A DNA stretch of 64,000 nucleotides, taken from the NCBI GenBank assembly GCA_035542455.1, contig DATKLI010000066.1, positions 2,870 to 66,869 of the forward strand, given 5' to 3'. The notes beneath the pieces were generated by a model. That model made no database searches. It saw nothing but the letters and a program-made list of their open reading frames with translations, and was not told the origin of the DNA. Shown piece by piece: positions 58,014 to 64,000 of the stretch. A program made the position numbers and the translations under genes. How positions within the stretch are numbered: position 1 is the first letter of the stretch; each line of letters starts with the position of its first letter. This DNA comes from Thermoanaerobaculaceae bacterium. GTDB taxonomy: Bacteria; Acidobacteriota; Thermoanaerobaculia; Thermoanaerobaculales; Thermoanaerobaculaceae.

Positions 58014-58706
58014 CTACTTCTTCCGCACGTAGAAACGGTTGCTCTCGCCATCGCTCCGTGCCGCGATCACGGGGTTCCCGGTCAGCGCACTCCACGAAGC
58101 GAGGTCCTGTGCAGCCGACGGCTCGCTGGAGACGATCTCCAGCACCTGGCCGCTCGCGAGATCACGGAGAGTCGCCTTGACGAGCGGCGTCAGCGTTGCA
58201 CAGCCGGCGTCGCCGCCATCCACGCTCGCCGCGACCTCGAACTCCTGGCTCCGAGTCGCCACGCCGGTGGGCTCCACCGTCTGCCGCTCGTATTGGAACC
58301 CCGAGCAGAGCAGGTCGAGCTCGGCGATGCTCCCGCCAAGGATCGTCGCGTACGCCTGCTGCTCGATCACGCGCGGCCCGCGAGCGTCGTGGACCCTCAG
58401 GCGCCACGCGAGATGCGCCCGGCCGGCTATCGCCTCGACTTCCCGGCCGAGCAGCTCCGCCCGCTCCGCGGAGCCGAACCAGCCCTGGAAGCAGCGCACC
58501 ACATCCTCCACGCCCGAGGCCTCCTGAAACCCCCGCGGAACGAGCGCGCGGAGCCGGGCCTCGGCCGCGAAGCACGACGCCAGGCCTGCGAAGTCGAGCT
58601 CGGCCACCGCCCTCACGAAGCGGTCCCCGACGGCGAGGTCGGGAGCCGGAGCAGCCCCGCCCGCCGGTGCGGGGGCTTGCCCGGGTGCGGTTTTGCGTCT
58701 CGTCAT
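58014..58706 (-). CDS. NTF2/SnoaL-like domain fused to TusA-like sulfur-carrier domain
   Basis: GGAGG SD. The C-terminal 75 aa (VDGGDAGCATLTPLVKATLRDLASGQVLEIVSSEPSAAQDLASWSALTGNPV) follow the TusA pattern, but with C-A-T-L-T-P instead of C-P-x-P. Confidence 0.65.
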   Translation of the reverse strand: MTRRKTAPGQAPAPAGGAAPAPDLAVGDRFVRAVAELDFAGLASCFAAEARLRALVPRGFQEASGVEDVVRCFQGWFGSAERAELLGREVEAIAGRAHLAWRLRVHDARGPRVIEQQAYATILGGSIAELDLLCSGFQYERQTVEPTGVATRSQEFEVAASVDGGDAGCATLTPLVKATLRDLASGQVLEIVSSEPSAAQDLASWSALTGNPVIAARSDGESNRFYVRKK

Positions 58707-58797
58707 GTCCGTGACCTCCGCGTTTCAGGCTAGGCGCCGCGTCCGAGCTGCACATCGGACGAACGTCCCATCGGAGGTCGTCCGGACCAAGCCGCCG

Positions 58798-60431
58798 CTA
58801 GGGGAGAAGCCCGTGTTCCATTGCGAACAGGGTGGCCTCGACGCGGGTCCGGACGTCGATCTTGCCGTAGATGTGCTCGAGGTGGTGCCGAACGGTGTGC
58901 TCGCTGACCGACAGCCGGGCAGCAATCGCCCGCCGGCTGGCACCCGTCGAGAGGATGCGGAGCACCTCCACCTCACGGTCCGTGAGGCCGGCCAGGCGGG
59001 GAGGCGCGGCGCAGGCGCCGGCAACGGCTCCCGGCGCGGCACACGGGGCTCCACGTCCGCGGCGCAGATCGCGACCTCGCGGAGCGCCGTCACCGCTTCA
59101 CGGCAGAACCCCGAACCCGACTCGCGCTCGATCGCGCAAAGCGCGTCGTCCGGGGCGAGAGCGGTGCGGCCCGGTCCCGAGTGCGTCAGCTCGTCGAAGT
59201 GATCGCAGGCACCGACGATGCGCGCGCCCATCGGGATGGCGTCGAGCGCGAGCCCCCGGTAGTACCCGCGTCCGTCCGGGCGCTCGTGGTGCGCTGCGAT
59301 TATCGGACACACCGGCAGGAGCGCCGGCACGCGGGCGAGGATGCGTTCGCCGTGGTACGGGTGGAGCCGGAGCGCCTCCCACTCCGCGCCGCTCATCCGG
59401 TCCTCGGGCTTGTGCAGGACGAACGAAGGCACCGCGACGAGACCTAGGTCGTGCAGGAGGGCGGCCCGGCGGATCGTCACGACGTCCACCGCCGGGAGGC
59501 CGAGCGCCGATGCGAGCCGTTCGGCGAGCGCCGCGACGCGCCGAGAGTGTCCGGCCGTGTAGAAGCTCTTCAGGTCGCCGAAATCGCCGAAGGCCCTGGC
59601 GATGTCGTCCAACCCCGAGGCGCCGAAGTAGCGTGCGGGCGAGTCCGGCTCCAGGCCGCACACGAGCGTCCAGATACGCTCGCTCTCGAGGTCGCGCCAG
59701 AATCCCTCGTCAGCGGCGAGGCGGAGGAACGCCTTCACCACGTCGGGATCGAACGCATCGCCGCACCGTCCGCGGGCAAGGCCGACAGCTGCGGTGCGCC
59801 CCTCCGCCCTGTGGAACACCTCGAGGAAGATCGCTGCGTACACGATGCGGGAGATCAGCGGGATCGACTCCGCCCTGCGGCCGATCGGACCCGAGCCGTC
59901 CCAGCGCTCGAACGCGAAGCGCAACGCCTGCTGCACGCCGGGCGACCGCTCGAGCCGCCCAGCGAAGCGCGCTGCGACCTCTGTGGTGTTGCGCATCCCC
60001 TCCACCATGAATTTGCGGCCGTGGACTGCGAAGTCGACCGCGCGCTTCACGCGGACGCCCGCCCGCTCGCCCACAGCCATGTACCGCGCGAGCCAGCGCA
60101 CGACGTCGCGCGGGTCGCCGTGATCGGTGAAGAAGAACAGCTCGCGGCGGGCCGCGGCGTCGTCGCCGAGGATTGTCGCCGCGACCTGGCTCGCCCACGC
60201 CGTGCATCCGGCGTCCATGAGAAGCGCGGCGTAGAACAGGTCTGTCTGCTCGCCCAGCGGCAGACCGAGGCGTGTGGCGATGCGCATCCCGATGTACGTC
60301 GTCCGCGCGCCGTGGCCCGCGGGAAGGCCGAGCGCCATGTCGGCGGCCAGCGAGAGCGCACCGAGCACCTCGATCGTCCGGAGTCGATCCTCGGCCGGAT
60401 CGGCCGCCGGGCAGGTTGATGGATGGTTCAT
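58798..60431 (-). pseudogene. Tandem HD / HD-GYP(GYY)-domain regulator fused to a LuxR-type HTH, with a frame break in the linker
   Basis: ATG at 60431 (MNHPSTC...). The first HD domain is degenerate (LLMDAGC). The second is intact (LLHDLGL...HHERPDGRGYYRG). The LuxR HTH (LTDREVEVLRILSTGASRRAIAARLSVSEHTVRHHLEHIYGKIDV..., stop 58798-58800) lies in another frame with no start codon of its own. The ORF-track frame instead runs on as Arg/Ser-rich sequence to 58725. Confidence 0.7.
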
Positions 60432-60755
60432 CGATCCCCTTGTCTCGCACCGCGGGCAGCCACCCAGGACGCGAACGCTCGCTGTGCCGCCTCGTTCGAG
60501 ACAGAGAACCCCGTCGCGGTCTCGATCTAATCCATGTGTGGCCGACGACGAGCGAGCGAGGGCCAGCCACGTTTGGCCGCCGGCACCCGGCCACGCGGCG
60601 GGAGGTCGCGTGATGCAGCGCACATTCCGCGCTCCTCCCGGTCGGCCAGCCCCGCGCGCCCCGCCGCGGCGCCGCCGGAGGGAGTACGATCGTCCGGACG
60701 AGCGCGGGCGGCGACGGGAAACCCGGGCGTCCGCGCTATGGGCGGAGGTCGAGCG

Positions 60756-63608
60756 ATGCGTCGGTCAGCCTCGCAGGTCCAACGGGCAGTGCTCAATGTG
60801 GCCGTCCTCGGGCTTGCCGGGGTCGCGGCGGTCGGGACCGCCTCCGGTGACTCGGCGCTCACGATCACGGCCAGCGCGGCGGCGACGCCACAGGGGCAGG
60901 TCGTGACCTTCACGTTCTCCCCGAAGGTCGCAGCCCAGGGCGACTCTGTGAAGTTCAACTTCGGTGACGGGACCTCGCAGACGATCGCGTACTCCGCCGT
61001 TTGCCAGAGCGCCGGCGGGTGCGACGAGATCACCCACCTCTACGCCCAGGCCGGGACGTACGCGGTGACTGGGAACGGCACGATCGGCGGGGTCACCGTT
61101 TCCGGCTCGGTCGCGGTCACGGTCGCCAACCTGACGATCACGCCCAGCCCCTCGACCGTCACACCCGGCCAACCGGTCACCTTCACGTTCACGCCGAACG
61201 TCTGGACGGCCAGCGACTCTCTCACGTTCTGGTGGGGCGACGGCTCGAGCGACCAGACGACCGGCTCCCCGTTCTGCCAGATCGTCGGCGGGTGCAACTC
61301 GATCAGTCACACGTACACCCAGTCGGGGGTGTTCGGAGTCGCCGCGGGTGGCGCGATCGGCGACGTCCCGGTGTTCGGCACGACCCAGGTGGCCGTGCAG
61401 AGCGTCTGCACGTCGCCCGTGCCTTCGGCGGCGTTCACGGTCGGCTCGTCGGCGATCCGGCCGTGGGAGCCGGTGCAGTTCACCGACCTCTCGACCGGGA
61501 GTCCGACGTCGTGGTCGTGGGACTTCGGCGACGGCAGCGCGGCGCTCGGAACGGTCGACGGGACGTCGGACAAGCAGAACCCCGTGTACACGTTCAACCG
61601 GGCGGGAACGTTCACCGTCACCCTGACCGCCACCAACTGCAAGGGCTCCGCCCAGACCCAGACGTCCGTGAGCGTGCTCGGCGACTGCACCGCGCACGGG
61701 GGCTCGGGCACCGGGTGCTGGAGCGGCGTCGGCCCGTACGGCGGGTACGTCACGGCGCTCGCGGAGGCACCCTCGGCCCCGGCCACGGTCTACGCCGCGA
61801 TCCGCGACGAGGGCGTGTTCCGGAGCCCCGACGGCGGTGCCACGTGGTCCCGAACCGGGGTGGCCATCCCCACGCGGTTCGTCACGGGGTTCGCGATCGA
61901 CGCGGTCAACCCCATGCTCGCGTACGCCGCGGGCGCGCCCCTCCTCAGGACGCTCGACGGCGGCGCCACCTGGGCCACGATGAACCTCGGCTTGCCGCCG
62001 TTCTGCACCACGGTCCTGGCGGCCGATCCGCAGACGACGAACACGGCCTGGCTCGGCGCCTGCACAGGGCTGTTCAGGACCGCAGACGGAGGCGCGACCT
62101 GGCCCGGCGTCACGTTCGACGGGGTGGCGCGCGGCGTCGCCGCGCTCGCGGTCGACCCCACCCACGGCGATACCGTCTACGCGATCGCGAACGGCCTGAG
62201 GAAGACGGTGGACGGGGGGGCGCACTGGCAGCTCCTCGACAACCTGACCATCGCCGGTACCTCGCCGTACTGGATCGCAATCGACCCCAAGAACCCGGCG
62301 ACGGTCTACGTCAGCACCAACGGCGGCGGGGTGTTCAAGACGGCCGACGGCGGGACGACGTGGGCCGCCCTCGACACCCACGCCGGCGGGGTCGGCAGCG
62401 TCGCGATCCAGCTGCTCGCGCTCGACCCCAACCACTCAGGCACCGTGTTCATCGAGGCCGACACCGGGGTGTTCAGGAGCACGGACGGAGGAGCCAGCTG
62501 GACGCGGCTCACACCCCGCACCGACGTCACGGCGCTCGTGCCGGACCCGAGCACCTCCGGGAGGTTCCTGGCCGGGCTCGGCGGCGGAGGCGTGCTGGTG
62601 AGCGCCGACGGCGGGTCGAGCTGGTCGCTGTCGAGCACCGGACTCGTGGGCGTCTACGTCAACGCGATGGTCACCGACCCGAACTCGGCGAAGACGGTGT
62701 ACGCGGCCACCGAGGACCAGTGGGTCCTGAAGACGACCGACGGCGGCGTCACGTGGTCGGCGAGCGGGATCGGCGCGGCCAACGCGCTTGCGCTCGACCC
62801 GAGCAGACCGGGCACCGTGTACGCCGGCGCGGCCAACGCGGTCATGAAGACCACCGACGGGGGTGCGACCTGGTCCAACCCGTCCGCTCCAGGCGCCGCC
62901 GTCTCCGGGCAGGTCGTCGGCCTCGGCCTCTCGCCCGCGAACCCCTGGAGCGTCTACGCGGCGACCGAGCTCAACGGCGTGTTCAAGAGCACCGACGGCG
63001 GAACCAGCTGGACGGCCGCCAACTCGGGGATCGGCGACACCTCGCCGACGCCGGCGACGGTCGCTGTGGCCGTCGATCCCACGAGCGCCGACGTGGCGTA
63101 CCTCGCGACCGGGCATCTTGGGGTCTTCAAGACGACGACCGGGGGAGCCGCGTGGAGTCCCGTCAACACCGGCCTGCCCGTCCCTCCCCTGCCGTTCCCC
63201 GGCTCGTTCGCGGTCGATCCGGCGGTGCCGGCGATGGTCTACGTCGGCATGTCGAATACCAGCGGGTCTCCCGCCGGCGTCTACAGGACGCTCGACGGCG
63301 GCCAGCACTGGAGCGCCACCGGCGGCCGGATCGTGACGCTCAGCATCCTGAGCCTGGCGATCGACCCTGCCGAGCGCTCGACCGTGTACGCGGGCACTCA
63401 GGGCGGCGGGGTGTTCCGCTCGACCGACGCGGGCGCGACGTGGCAGTGGATGGGGGACGGCCTCGGAAGCCTGACCGTCACCTCCATCGCGTTCGACGGG
63501 GGGAACCCGAACGTCCTCTACGCCGGGACGGCGGCGGGTGTGTACACGACGACGGTGACGCCGCCGCCCGCGCGGCTCCGCCGTCACCTCCGCCGGGTCG
63601 GGCCGTAG
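60756..63608 (+). CDS. Secreted protein: three PKD-like domains plus about 13 Asp-box repeats (double beta-propeller, sortilin/Ycf48-like)
   Basis: ATG at 60756 with GGAGG 7 nt upstream, inside ORF 60534..63608. PKD signatures FNFGDGTS, FWWGDGSS and WDFGDGSA. Asp-boxes SPDGGATW, TLDGGATW, TADGGATW, and so on. Confidence 0.8.
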   Translation: MRRSASQVQRAVLNVAVLGLAGVAAVGTASGDSALTITASAAATPQGQVVTFTFSPKVAAQGDSVKFNFGDGTSQTIAYSAVCQSAGGCDEITHLYAQAGTYAVTGNGTIGGVTVSGSVAVTVANLTITPSPSTVTPGQPVTFTFTPNVWTASDSLTFWWGDGSSDQTTGSPFCQIVGGCNSISHTYTQSGVFGVAAGGAIGDVPVFGTTQVAVQSVCTSPVPSAAFTVGSSAIRPWEPVQFTDLSTGSPTSWSWDFGDGSAALGTVDGTSDKQNPVYTFNRAGTFTVTLTATNCKGSAQTQTSVSVLGDCTAHGGSGTGCWSGVGPYGGYVTALAEAPSAPATVYAAIRDEGVFRSPDGGATWSRTGVAIPTRFVTGFAIDAVNPMLAYAAGAPLLRTLDGGATWATMNLGLPPFCTTVLAADPQTTNTAWLGACTGLFRTADGGATWPGVTFDGVARGVAALAVDPTHGDTVYAIANGLRKTVDGGAHWQLLDNLTIAGTSPYWIAIDPKNPATVYVSTNGGGVFKTADGGTTWAALDTHAGGVGSVAIQLLALDPNHSGTVFIEADTGVFRSTDGGASWTRLTPRTDVTALVPDPSTSGRFLAGLGGGGVLVSADGGSSWSLSSTGLVGVYVNAMVTDPNSAKTVYAATEDQWVLKTTDGGVTWSASGIGAANALALDPSRPGTVYAGAANAVMKTTDGGATWSNPSAPGAAVSGQVVGLGLSPANPWSVYAATELNGVFKSTDGGTSWTAANSGIGDTSPTPATVAVAVDPTSADVAYLATGHLGVFKTTTGGAAWSPVNTGLPVPPLPFPGSFAVDPAVPAMVYVGMSNTSGSPAGVYRTLDGGQHWSATGGRIVTLSILSLAIDPAERSTVYAGTQGGGVFRSTDAGATWQWMGDGLGSLTVTSIAFDGGNPNVLYAGTAAGVYTTTVTPPPARLRRHLRRVGP

Positions 63609-63798
63609 CGCTCCGGCGCCCCTGTCCGCCGGGGAATCGCCGGGACCGGGCGGTGCCCAGCCGTCGAGCCGGCTCGGCCGTCGGCTCCGCCACCGCGGGG
63701 CGCGGTAGACTGGCGCCGACGCCATTCGTCCCCGGTGCGGGCGCGCGCTCAAGCGCTCGAACGGCGTCGGCCGGGGTCCGGCGCGGAGGCTGCAGTCG

Positions 63799-64000
63799 AT
63801 GAAGGCGATCCCGGGACACGAGCGGGAGGCCATGGACCACGTGCTGATCGCACACGGGTACTCCCCCGAGGACTTCGAGGCGACGGTCGAGGAGAGCGCG
63901 CCGGGCGAGGCGGGCTCGATCGACGCCTGGGCGACGCGGACGGTCACCGTTCGGCGCAAGGGGGGTGGCCACCGACGCCGGTATCGGGACCTCCCGGGTA
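63799..64000 (+). CDS. Hypothetical protein, 5' fragment (runs off window end)
   Basis: ATG at 63799 with GGAGG 9 nt upstream. MKAIPGHEREAMDHVLIAHGYSPEDFEATVEE... has a coding-like composition. No stop in the window. Confidence 0.35.
   Translation, partial: MKAIPGHEREAMDHVLIAHGYSPEDFEATVEESAPGEAGSIDAWATRTVTVRRKGGGHRRRYRDLPG

Noticed and set aside
58725-58797. C-terminal tail of ORF 58725..60623 as annotated by the track
   Set aside because: The tail (…PRLPAWPASRTVRWRCSASSRRVPAGG…) is junk. The same DNA in the neighbouring frame encodes a textbook LuxR HTH that ends at 58798. The first 64 codons upstream of ATG 60431 also look non-coding.
60765-63959. Long alternative-frame ORFs over the PKD/Asp-box gene (60765..62435-, 61001..63802+, 62436..63959-)
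   Set aside because: These are Arg/Gly/Asp-rich shadows of a gene whose own frame shows repeated PKD and Asp-box motifs.

Overview
High-GC (about 70% by eye) bacterial chromosomal window, densely coding, with many long shadow ORFs typical of GC-rich DNA. The taxon cannot be assigned from sequence alone.

Supported content:
- Housekeeping genes: efp, rpmE, prfA, prmC, fabL-like, hom, two PLP Cys/Met enzymes and tRNA-Thr(CGU).
- A nitric-oxide stress operon: Crp/Fnr regulator, DUF1858, hemerythrin, NnrS, qNOR.
- A MacAB-type ABC efflux operon.
- Secreted Asp-box/PKD propeller proteins.
- A lower-GC segment starting right after tRNA-Thr (about 37.4-55.5 kb). It carries three paralogous Hanks Ser/Thr kinases with conserved leaders, a wHTH-FHA (mini-EmbR-like) regulator, orphan secreted proteins and two unannotated 54-aa zinc-ribbon paralogs.
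- A cluster of HD-GYP/LuxR regulator, NTF2-TusA fusion, DsrE and ParB/Srx-fold protein.

Most unusual signals:
- A 129-nt structured element in three near-identical copies, each abutting the stop codon of a gene.
- A mosaic family of long imperfect intergenic palindromes with low-complexity arms (GA/CT-rich and other flavours).
- Two in-frame TAG codons and one homopolymer frameshift in otherwise intact genes.

All calls rest on manual translation and motif recognition. No database search was run.
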